Shown here: positions 56,426 to 64,000 of the stretch, one piece after another | Position numbering within the stretch: the first letter of the stretch is position 1 | Layout of the letters: each line of letters starts with the position of its first letter | Source of the DNA: Coriobacteriia bacterium | Lineage (GTDB): Bacteria; Actinomycetota; Coriobacteriia; Anaerosomatales; SLCP01 | DNA: 64,000 nucleotides | Direction of reading: 5' to 3' | Assembly: GCA_014859265.1 (NCBI GenBank) | Contig: JACUUN010000250.1 | Location: 1,240 to 65,239 of the forward strand | Program-made: the position numbers and the translations under genes | The notes under the pieces: model-generated | What the model was told of the DNA's origin: nothing | Seen by the model: only the letters and a program-made list of their open reading frames with translations | Databases searched by the model: none

Positions 56426-57477
56426 GCCGACACCCCACTCCGGATGCGCGTGGAGTGCTCGCGTACCGAACGGACGAGCGCCTTCGCGTGCTCGGGGTCG
56501 GTCTCCTTGTGGATACCGTGGCCGAGGTTGAAGATGTGGCCCGGCCGGGTTCCGACCTTCTCGAGGATGTCCCGCGCCGCCGCGTCGATGACCTCGACGG
56601 GTGCAAAGAGCATCATCGGGTCGAGGTTGCCCTGAATCGCGAAGTCAGGACCTATCCACTCCACCGCGTCGGCGATGTCGACGCGCCAATCGAGGCCGAT
56701 GACGTCACCACCCGCGCTCTTGACCTTGGAGAGCATCGCCGTTGCGTTGTTGGCGAAGTTGATTACCGGCACGCCGACCTTGCTGACCTCTGCGATCAGA
56801 CGCGTCGTATGAGGCAGCACGGAGCGCTCGTAGTCGACGGGTGAGAGGAAGCCCACCCACGAGTCGAACACCTGCACCGCCTGCGCACCCGCCTCAATCT
56901 GCGCCAGAAGGTACTCGATGACTGTGTCCGTCGTGACCTGCATCAGCCGGTCCCAGGCCCCAGGATCGGACCACATGAGGCTTTTGCACTTAATGTAGGC
57001 GCGGGTCGAGCCGCCCTCGATCATGTACGAGGCGAGCGTGAACGGCGCCCCGGCGAAACCGATGAGGGGCACCTTGTCGCGCAATTCGTGGCGCAGCTGG
57101 CGGATGGCGTCCATCACGTAGCCGGTGTCGGTAACCGCATCAGACACGCGCAGCTTCTTCACGTCTGAGAGGTCACGCACCCGGTTGTGGATGACCGGGC
57201 CCTCGCCCTTGGCGAAAGAGAGCTCCAGGCCCATTCCTTCGAGTGGAAGCAGGATGTCCGCGAAGAGAATGGCGGCATCCACGCCGATGAGGTCAACGGG
57301 TTGCAGAGTGACCTCCACGGCAAGTTCGGGGCGCTTGCACATCTCGAGGAAGTCGTGATCCTTGCGGATGGCGCGATACTCTGGCATATAGCGCCCGGCC
57401 TGCCGCATCATCCAAATCGGGGTGCGCTCTGTGGGCTCGCATCTGCACGCCCGGAGGAACAGGTCGTTGAAGGCCAT
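56422..57477 (-). CDS. hemE: Uroporphyrinogen decarboxylase
   Basis: ATG 57477; PIWMMRQAGRYMPEY, DAAILFADIL, IGFAGAPFTLASY, QGNLDP, IFNLGHGI. Confidence 0.97.
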   Translation of the reverse strand: MAFNDLFLRACRCEPTERTPIWMMRQAGRYMPEYRAIRKDHDFLEMCKRPELAVEVTLQPVDLIGVDAAILFADILLPLEGMGLELSFAKGEGPVIHNRVRDLSDVKKLRVSDAVTDTGYVMDAIRQLRHELRDKVPLIGFAGAPFTLASYMIEGGSTRAYIKCKSLMWSDPGAWDRLMQVTTDTVIEYLLAQIEAGAQAVQVFDSWVGFLSPVDYERSVLPHTTRLIAEVSKVGVPVINFANNATAMLSKVKSAGGDVIGLDWRVDIADAVEWIGPDFAIQGNLDPMMLFAPVEVIDAAARDILEKVGTRPGHIFNLGHGIHKETDPEHAKALVRSVREHSTRIRSGVSA

Positions 57478-57542
57478 CGTGGAATTCCCTTTCATTGTGC
57501 CGGATGAAGGAAACAAAACCGCGTGTAGTCTACACCAATACG

Positions 57543-57578
57543 CGAGGCTCCGGCCCCTCCGAAGGGGCCGGAGCCTCG
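57543..57578 (-). terminator. Hairpin downstream of acs
   Basis: Perfect 16-bp stem CGAGGCTCCGGCCCCT / AGGGGCCGGAGCCTCG with a 4-nt loop. Confidence 0.75.
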
Positions 57579-57608
57579 ACTCGTCTCGTCATATGCGCGC
57601 GGTACGCC

Positions 57609-59600
57609 TTACCGCTCCGGTAGCGTCTGAAGAATCGTCTTGACGATTGACGGATCTGCGAGCGTCGAGATGTCGCCGAACGCATTCATGTCGGTCTCTC
57701 CCGCGGCGATCTTGCGCAGGATGCGGCGCATTATCTTGCCGGAACGCGTCTTGGGGAGTTCGGGCACGAAGTGGATGCAGTCGGGCTTGGCGATAGGCCC
57801 GATCTCCTCGCGCACGTGTCCGGAGAGCATCTTCAGGAGGTTGTCGCTCGCCTCCTGGCCACTCTTGAGGATGACGTAGGCGTAGATGCCCTCGCCCTTG
57901 ATCTCGTGCGGGTAGCCGACGACCGCAGCCTCGGCGACCGATGCGTGGCTCACGAGGGCGCTTTCGACCTCGGCGGTACCCATGCGGTGGCCGGAGACGT
58001 TGATGACGTCGTCCACGCGGCCGAGAAGCCAGTAGTAGCCATCCTCGTCCTTGCGTGCGCCGTCGCCCGTGAAGTACTTGCCAGGAAAGTGCGTGAAGTA
58101 GACGTTACGCATCAACTCGTTTCCCGGGTCGCCCCACGTGCCGCGCATCATACCCGGCCAGGGGAACTCGATGCACAGACGCCCGCCCGAACCGGTCGGA
58201 GTCTCGCTGTGGTCCTCGTTGAGGATGACCGGCTTGATGCCGAAGAACGGGCGTGTGGCCGAACCGGGCTTCTGCGGCGTGGCACCGGGGAGGTTGGTGA
58301 TCAGGTGGCCGCCGGTCTCCGTCTGCCAGTATGTGTCGACGATCGGGACACGCTCGCGACCGATGTTCTTGTAGTACCACATCCACGCCTCGGGGTTGAT
58401 TGGCTCGCCAACGGTACCGAGCACGCGGAGGCTCGACAGATCGTACTTCGCCGGCCACTCCTCGCCAGACTTCATGAGGGCGCGAATCGCGGTAGGTGCG
58501 GTGTAGAACTGGTTGACACCGTGCTTCTCACAAACCTGCCAGAACCGGCCCGGATCGGGGTACGTGGGCACACCCTCGAACATGAGCGATGTCGCGCCGA
58601 GCGAGAGCGGACCATACACGATGTAGGAGTGCCCCGTAATCCAGCCGATGTCGGCGGTGCACCAGAAGACGTCCTCGTCGTGGTAGTCGAAGGTGTACTT
58701 GAAGGTCAACGTCGTGAAGAGCAGGTATCCGGCGGTCGTGTGTAGCACGCCTTTCGGCTTGCCGGTCGAGCCGGAGGTGTAGAGGATGAAGAGTGGGTCC
58801 TCGGCATCCATCCACTCGATGTCACAGTGCTGGCTTACATCGGCCGCACGGACCTCCTCGTGGTACCAGTAGTCGCGGCCTGGCTCCATGTCCACGCGCG
58901 TCTGAGCGCGGGATACCACGATGACGGAGTCCACCATCGGACACTCGAGAAGCGCGCTGTCTGCCTCGGCCTTGAGCGGCACCACACGGCCTCCACGGAT
59001 GCCTTCGTCGGCAGTGATGAGCATCTTCGCTTCAGAGTCCTGGATACGATCGCGCAGCGCCTGCGCCGAGAACCCGCCAAAGACCACCGAGTGGATGGCG
59101 CCGACGCGTGCGCACGCGAGCATGACGATAGGGAGCTCGGGAATCATGGGCAGGTAGATGGCGACCCGGTCGCCCTTCTTGATGCCATGCTTCTTCAGCA
59201 CATTGGCGAAGCGGCATATCTTGTAGTAGAGAGACTGGTACGTGTACATCTTCGTGCGGCCCTCATCGCTTTCCCAGATGAGGGCGGCCTTGTTGCGGCG
59301 CCACGTCGTGAGATGGCGGTCGATGCAGTTGTAGGCGACGTTGGTCTTCCCACCCTTGAACCACTCGACACGCGGAGTCTCGAACTCGTAGTCGAGGACG
59401 GTGTCCCACTTCTTGTGCCAGTAGAGGTACTCCTCGGCCATCTCGGCCCAGAAACCCTCGGGGTCGTCGATGGAGCGCTGGTACATCTCCTCGTACTGAT
59501 CCATGGAGTTGATGTGGGCGCGCTCGCGGACCCACTCGGGCGGGTCGACCACGCGAAGCTCCTTCATCAATGATTGAATCGAGGTGGACTCCTCAGTCAC
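57609..59600 (-). CDS. acs: Acetyl-CoA synthetase (AMP-forming)
   Basis: GTG 59600 with AAGGAGG RBS; [43 protein letters not shown]. Confidence 0.97.
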   Translation of the reverse strand: MTEESTSIQSLMKELRVVDPPEWVRERAHINSMDQYEEMYQRSIDDPEGFWAEMAEEYLYWHKKWDTVLDYEFETPRVEWFKGGKTNVAYNCIDRHLTTWRRNKAALIWESDEGRTKMYTYQSLYYKICRFANVLKKHGIKKGDRVAIYLPMIPELPIVMLACARVGAIHSVVFGGFSAQALRDRIQDSEAKMLITADEGIRGGRVVPLKAEADSALLECPMVDSVIVVSRAQTRVDMEPGRDYWYHEEVRAADVSQHCDIEWMDAEDPLFILYTSGSTGKPKGVLHTTAGYLLFTTLTFKYTFDYHDEDVFWCTADIGWITGHSYIVYGPLSLGATSLMFEGVPTYPDPGRFWQVCEKHGVNQFYTAPTAIRALMKSGEEWPAKYDLSSLRVLGTVGEPINPEAWMWYYKNIGRERVPIVDTYWQTETGGHLITNLPGATPQKPGSATRPFFGIKPVILNEDHSETPTGSGGRLCIEFPWPGMMRGTWGDPGNELMRNVYFTHFPGKYFTGDGARKDEDGYYWLLGRVDDVINVSGHRMGTAEVESALVSHASVAEAAVVGYPHEIKGEGIYAYVILKSGQEASDNLLKMLSGHVREEIGPIAKPDCIHFVPELPKTRSGKIMRRILRKIAAGETDMNAFGDISTLADPSIVKTILQTLPER

Positions 59601-59772
59601 AAGCGGCCTCCTTAGTCCTAGCGTCTTCAACCCGTCGTCGTCGGTCGGCGGATGCGGTGTTCGCACCTCTCAGCGGCAATCAGGCGTACTCTGGCGTGCG
59701 CACATGCGGTGCAACCGCGGGGTGTACTGGCAATCCTACCGTGAGACCCTGCGTAGCCGTCCCCGCGAATCA

Positions 59773-59805
59773 GGTGGACGGCGCGAACGGCTCGGTGGAC
59801 GGCGC
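59773..59805. repeat. 12-bp direct repeat with 21-bp period upstream of acs
   Basis: GGTGGACGGCGC at 59773-59784 and 59794-59805. Confidence 0.7.
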
Positions 59806-60047
59806 ACGGCCCGAACCGGAAACCGCTCACCCGAACCCGAACCAACCTGTCTTGTAACAAATGTTGCAGACTCCTCCTGAATGAGGTACCCTCCTCACAA
59901 GATAATCTTCCCTTCCCAGCAGCGCTGACCGGGGAATCCGGACAGCACAGAGGGCGGGCGTCGTGACCGGCATCATGACGCGTATGTGGATACCAGGCAA
60001 CCACATGCATCCGCCAGAGACTCAGGGGTAAGCAGGGGAAGGAATGA

Positions 60048-60077
60048 GAAGACCCCGGCCCGAAGGCCGGGGTCTTC
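60048..60077 (-). terminator. Hairpin downstream of the ASKHA gene
   Basis: Perfect 13-bp stem GAAGACCCCGGCC / GGCCGGGGTCTTC with a TTCG loop on the minus strand. Confidence 0.75.
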
Positions 60078-60103
60078 GGTTTGGATAGACCTCGAGACGC
60101 GTC

Positions 60104-61681
60104 TCAGAGCGAGAAGGGTTCGAGACGCAGAGCGGCAACGAACTCATGGGTGAACGACTCGCCCATGGCAAGATCGACGTGCTCCGCGCGGGACGCAAGC
60201 ATCTGCGCATCCTGGAACAGGTCTGGGTCGAGCGCCATACATGCGGCGCCCCTCAGAGCTGCATCCGGCACCTGTCGAAGCACACCGGCAGCGCCGCTTG
60301 GAACGATTCCCAGATCGACGAGGTCCCGAGTCTCGAGTGCGCCACCGAACGCCCCTGTGGCAATCACCTCGCGAAGCGCCCCGATGGAGGCCGCTGTTGC
60401 AACCGCACGCACGGCGACGCACACGGCGGCCTTGGCGGACTGCAGTGCTCGCACGTCGAGTTGGGACACGAAGACGGAACGATCAGAGGGTTCTGCGCCA
60501 AGAGCGACCGCCCGAACCCCGTCGGCAGTGAAGAATCGCTCCCGCACCGGCCCGTCGGATCGGAGCAGACCGTCGGCGTCGAGATGTCCGGCGCGCCGGA
60601 GGAGAGCGATGACGGATATGAGGCCCGAGCCGGTGAGGTGGGATGCCGGCCCGTCGTCGGTTACGGCGCGCAGGCCCCCGCCCGACTCCGTCGGCGTCAC
60701 ACGCACGATGCCACCGGGCCCGGCCTGTCCCCCGCATGCGATACCCCAACCCTCGAACGCCGGACCCGCGGGCGCGGATGCGACCATCGTTCTGCCCCCG
60801 GCCACCACCGCCACCTCGGCGTTCGTGCCCAGATCGATGAAGAGAGCGTCCCCCGCCTCGTCCGCGAGGCCTTCGGCGACCATGCCGGCGACGAGATCAC
60901 CGCCCACGAAGGCGGCAACGGGAGGGATCACCAGAATCTCGGCACCGCCCACGGCCGCTGCCAGCCGCGCGCTTGCCAGATGATGCGTCTCAGTCAAAGC
61001 GTGGGAGAACGGGTGCGAGGCGAGTCCCGCGACGTCCACGCCCGCGAGAAGCGAGATCATGGCCGTGTTGCCGGCTACGACGACCCGCTCGACCGGGAGG
61101 TCATCCGGTCCGGCGCCGCCACGGGCAAGCCCCAGCGCATCGATAACGGAGTCCTCGGCTGCCGCCGTGAGCCGCTCGCCCGCACCGTCAAGCGCCGAGG
61201 CGATGCGTGAGACAACGTCGGCACCGAATGCGGCTTGGCGGTTGGGAACGCGTGCTGACCCCACGATCGCGCGCTGCGCCGTGTCGACGAGCTGCACCGC
61301 CACCGAGGTCGTCCCCACGTCCACACCGGCCACCACGCTTCGGGCACCCCGGTCCCCGACCACAGCGGAGACATCCGGGGAGACACCGAGTGGCCGCAGC
61401 GTCACATCACCCGTGACCTGGGCCATACACGCAAGACGAATCTGCGCGGCACCAACGCGCGCACGCGCTAATGCCGCGATTTCGCGCTCGGAAGGCGGCT
61501 CGAGCTCACCTCCGACGACACTCACCGCGCACCGCCCGCACGCCCCGCGACCGCCACATGGAGCCGAGATGACGACGCCCGCCCCGGCTGCCGCTTCAAG
61601 AACGGTCGCGCCACGAGCCACCTCGGCGGTCCTGCCAGAGGGCATGAACTCCACTGACGAGAACTCGCCCGTGCTGCTCAT
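60104..61681 (-). CDS. ASKHA-domain/2Fe-2S protein (RACo/RamA-type corrinoid reductive activase family)
   Basis: ATG 61681 overlaps the degV stop; PCGGRGACGRC...RLAC, GVDVGTTS, FGADVVSRI, IDLGTNAE, SAPAGPAFEG. Confidence 0.88.
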   Translation of the reverse strand: MSSTGEFSSVEFMPSGRTAEVARGATVLEAAAGAGVVISAPCGGRGACGRCAVSVVGGELEPPSEREIAALARARVGAAQIRLACMAQVTGDVTLRPLGVSPDVSAVVGDRGARSVVAGVDVGTTSVAVQLVDTAQRAIVGSARVPNRQAAFGADVVSRIASALDGAGERLTAAAEDSVIDALGLARGGAGPDDLPVERVVVAGNTAMISLLAGVDVAGLASHPFSHALTETHHLASARLAAAVGGAEILVIPPVAAFVGGDLVAGMVAEGLADEAGDALFIDLGTNAEVAVVAGGRTMVASAPAGPAFEGWGIACGGQAGPGGIVRVTPTESGGGLRAVTDDGPASHLTGSGLISVIALLRRAGHLDADGLLRSDGPVRERFFTADGVRAVALGAEPSDRSVFVSQLDVRALQSAKAAVCVAVRAVATAASIGALREVIATGAFGGALETRDLVDLGIVPSGAAGVLRQVPDAALRGAACMALDPDLFQDAQMLASRAEHVDLAMGESFTHEFVAALRLEPFSL

Positions 61682-62535
61682 CGCTCGGGCAGGAACGCGA
61701 CTCCCCACCCGGTACCGGTATGGGTGGCGATGACCGAACCCGTCGCAACGGTATGCATCTCGGTGACCTCGAATCGCTCGGACAATGCCTCGGCAAGCCG
61801 TACGGCCCGGTCCTCGGCAAGTGCGTGCATCACGCAGAACGCGCCCTTGCGAGCATCACCCATGCGTTCAGCAACCCAGTTGACGGTATGCTCGAGCGCT
61901 GCTTTGGTGCCCCTGGTGCGCGCAACCGGCTCGAACGCGCCATCCTCGACCGTGAACGTGACCTTGAGATTCAGTATGCTGCCGACGAATCCCGCGACAC
62001 GTCCGACACGCCCTCCTTTGACCAAGTTGTCGAGGTTATCCAGCCCGACGATCATCTCCACGCGATCGCGTGCTTGCTCCGCACGGGCGAGCACCTCAGT
62101 TGCCGACAGCCCCGCGAGCGCCGCCCTGGCCGCCTCGATCACCTGAAATCCCAGGCCACACGAGAGATTGCGCGAGTCGAAGACGCTGACCTTGCCGGCA
62201 AATCGCTCGGCCGCGGCATGGGCCGACGCAAGGGTACCCGAGAGTTCTGAGGATATGTGCATCGAAACGACATGGGACGCCGTCTTCAGCGCCTCGGTGT
62301 AGGTGTCCACAAACGAGCCGACCGACGGCTGTGAGGTGGTTGGGAGACTCTTGGCCGCACGCATGCGGTCGAAGAACTCCTGTTGCGACATGACACCGTC
62401 CAGCCAGGTCTCGCCATCGATCGTGACGTTGAGCGGAACGGCGGTGATGCGGTAGCGATCACGTATCCCGGACGGCAGATCGGACGTTGAATCGGTGACG
62501 ATCGCGACCTTCTCCGCGCCCTCGAAGCTACCCAT
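61678..62535 (-). CDS. DegV family fatty acid-binding protein
   Basis: IVTDSTSDL, PTTSQPS, ISSELSGT, DSRNLS, LVKGGR, IATHTG. Confidence 0.95.
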   Translation of the reverse strand: MGSFEGAEKVAIVTDSTSDLPSGIRDRYRITAVPLNVTIDGETWLDGVMSQQEFFDRMRAAKSLPTTSQPSVGSFVDTYTEALKTASHVVSMHISSELSGTLASAHAAAERFAGKVSVFDSRNLSCGLGFQVIEAARAALAGLSATEVLARAEQARDRVEMIVGLDNLDNLVKGGRVGRVAGFVGSILNLKVTFTVEDGAFEPVARTRGTKAALEHTVNWVAERMGDARKGAFCVMHALAEDRAVRLAEALSERFEVTEMHTVATGSVIATHTGTGWGVAFLPER

Positions 62536-62890
62536 GGCCCTCTCCCTTGAACCTTACCATGCCGTGAGACATCTCACGGCCCCCCATCACGTGCACGTGC
62601 AGGTGCGACACCGTCTGATTGGCATCGGGACCCGAGTTCACGATCACACGGTAGCCGGACTCGCCTACTCCCACGCGACGGGCGACCTCGGGCACCGCCC
62701 CGAAGAGCTTCGAGACCGTCTCAGCTGGAACGTCATCGCCAAGGTGGACGTAGTGGACCTTGGGAATCACAAGTACGTGTACCGGCGCCTGGGGGGAAAC
62801 ATCGTTGAACGCGAGCACCGCGTCGTCTTCGTATAGCTTCTCCGCGGGTATCTCACCCCGGGCGATCTTGCAGAACACGCAGGTATCCAC
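62528..62890 (-). CDS. HIT family nucleotide-binding protein
   Basis: CVFCKI, PQAPVHVLVIPK, QTVSHLHVHVMGG. Confidence 0.95.
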   Translation of the reverse strand: MDTCVFCKIARGEIPAEKLYEDDAVLAFNDVSPQAPVHVLVIPKVHYVHLGDDVPAETVSKLFGAVPEVARRVGVGESGYRVIVNSGPDANQTVSHLHVHVMGGREMSHGMVRFKGEGHG

Positions 62891-62955
62891 GAGCGTCCCT
62901 CCTCGCGTCGCAGGTTATCCGGTCCAAGTGTAGCGTACCCCGCAGGGGCCGAAGC

Positions 62956-63195
62956 CTACTCTTCGGGAGGTCCTGCCTCACCCTCCAGCTCGCCGATGAG
63001 TGCAGTCACCTTCTGCTGCGCGCCCTCCAGCTTGGCCTGAAGCGCCTGCAGTAGAGAGACCCCGCGCTGGTAGCAAGTCAGGCTCTCTTCGAGCTCGAGT
63101 TGCCCGCTCTCCAGTGCTGAGACGATACCCTCCAGCTCCTCCAGTGCATCGCCGAAGGTCATCTCATCCGGTGCCGGACAGATTGGCTCATCCAT
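62956..63195 (-). CDS. xseB: Exodeoxyribonuclease VII small subunit
   Basis: TFGDALEELEGIVSALESGQLELEESLTCYQRG; follows xseA. Confidence 0.95.
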   Translation of the reverse strand: MDEPICPAPDEMTFGDALEELEGIVSALESGQLELEESLTCYQRGVSLLQALQAKLEGAQQKVTALIGELEGEAGPPEE

Positions 63196-64000
63196 CGTGT
63201 TTCTCCTTCTCCGTCGACTCCACGACACAACCGAGACTTCCTTCGCCGAGCAACACGTTCACCCGGTCACCGAGGGAGACCTGTGTCGCGGACCTGATCA
63301 CACTTCCCGCGTCGGCCGTTCGGCATACCGCATAACCTCTTCCGAGAATCGCCACCGGCGAGAGGTCGTGCAGACGTGCGGCGGTATGACCAACCGAGTC
63401 CCCGGCACGCCCCATGAGCTGCATGGCGGCACGCCCCAGATCCCAGCCAAGCCTCTCGACACGATCGTGCACGGGCGGAAGCATGCGGGACCCGATGCGC
63501 TCCAAGTCACCGGATAACCGGTACAGGCTCTCGGCGTCCCGCTGCAGTCGTTCGGGCAGCGAACGGCGCAGCGCGATCCCCGCCTGGTCGAGGGCCTGGG
63601 CAGCCGGCCCTACGAGGACCGAGCAGTCAGTGAAGACGGGGCGGCGCACGAGGAGCCCTAGCCGGTGCTCGGCGGCCTGGACGCGGTGCTGGAGAGCGCG
63701 GCCCAACATCCTGCGCATCTTGTGAAGCGTGGCGCCAAGCTCCTCGACAGAGGGCGCTACCGACTCGGCGGCAGCAGTCGGCGTCGATGCCCTCACGTCG
63801 GCGACCATGTCCGCGATCGACGTGTCGGGTTCGTGGCCGATGCCCGTCACCACCGGTACGGGACACGCGACGATGGCGCGGGCCACCTGCTCGTTATTGA
63901 AGGGCATGAGATCCTCGTAGGAGCCGCCTCCGCGCACGAGCAGCACGACGTCAGAGTGAGCCGCCGCTACGACGTCAAGCCCTTCCGCGATCGCCGACGG
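63188..64000 (-). CDS. xseA: Exodeoxyribonuclease VII large subunit, C-terminal part (runs off the window end)
   Basis: LVRGGGSYEDL..FNNE, VTGIGHEPD, RASTPTAAAE, LSPVAILGRGYA. Confidence 0.96.
   Translation of the reverse strand, partial: PSAIAEGLDVVAAAHSDVVLLVRGGGSYEDLMPFNNEQVARAIVACPVPVVTGIGHEPDTSIADMVADVRASTPTAAAESVAPSVEELGATLHKMRRMLGRALQHRVQAAEHRLGLLVRRPVFTDCSVLVGPAAQALDQAGIALRRSLPERLQRDAESLYRLSGDLERIGSRMLPPVHDRVERLGWDLGRAAMQLMGRAGDSVGHTAARLHDLSPVAILGRGYAVCRTADAGSVIRSATQVSLGDRVNVLLGEGSLGCVVESTEKEKHDG

Noticed and set aside
59773-59842. Short repeats as a CRISPR or mini-array
   Set aside because: Only two 12-bp copies and three hexamers; no 23-47-bp repeats with unique spacers and no cas genes in the window.
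59627-60010. 127-aa ORF upstream of acs
   Set aside because: No RBS or recognisable domain; it overlaps probable promoter elements.

Overview
High-GC, gene-dense chromosomal window of an anaerobe, probably class Coriobacteriia (inference from gene content and synteny only). 1-21.6 kb is housekeeping on the minus strand: leuS, tRNA-Ala, rsfS, yqeK, nadD, proAB, obgE, rpmA, rplU, rng, a TIGR03960/TIGR03936 radical SAM pair, rodA-mrdA-mreDCB and radC. 21.6-27.6 kb is rnfCDGEAB followed by NusG-II and Gx-transporter genes. 27.7-34.4 kb holds ndk, a TPR protein, a cyclophilin, an EF-G2-like paralog, tRNA-Arg, a lipid kinase and a divergent plsY. 34.4-47 kb is the accessory part: a small 2[4Fe-4S] ferredoxin absent from the ORF track, an OsmC-GT2-BshB1-BshC-like cluster, a receiver-PilT fusion, rlmD, and a cytochrome b5/Crp/FAD-FeS oxidoreductase block. 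47.5-53 kb is a Tat-exported hydrogenase whose large subunit reads through a UGA followed by a SECIS-like hairpin ([NiFeSe]), with cytochrome b, a MenK-like radical SAM enzyme and a maturation protease. The remainder is hemEHG, acs, a RACo-type ASKHA protein, degV, HIT and xseAB. The best candidate for an undescribed system is the bacillithiol-like cluster with a GT2 in place of BshA (34.7-38.1 kb). I saw no CRISPR array, IS element, integrase or prophage. All calls are from motif recognition; no searches were run.
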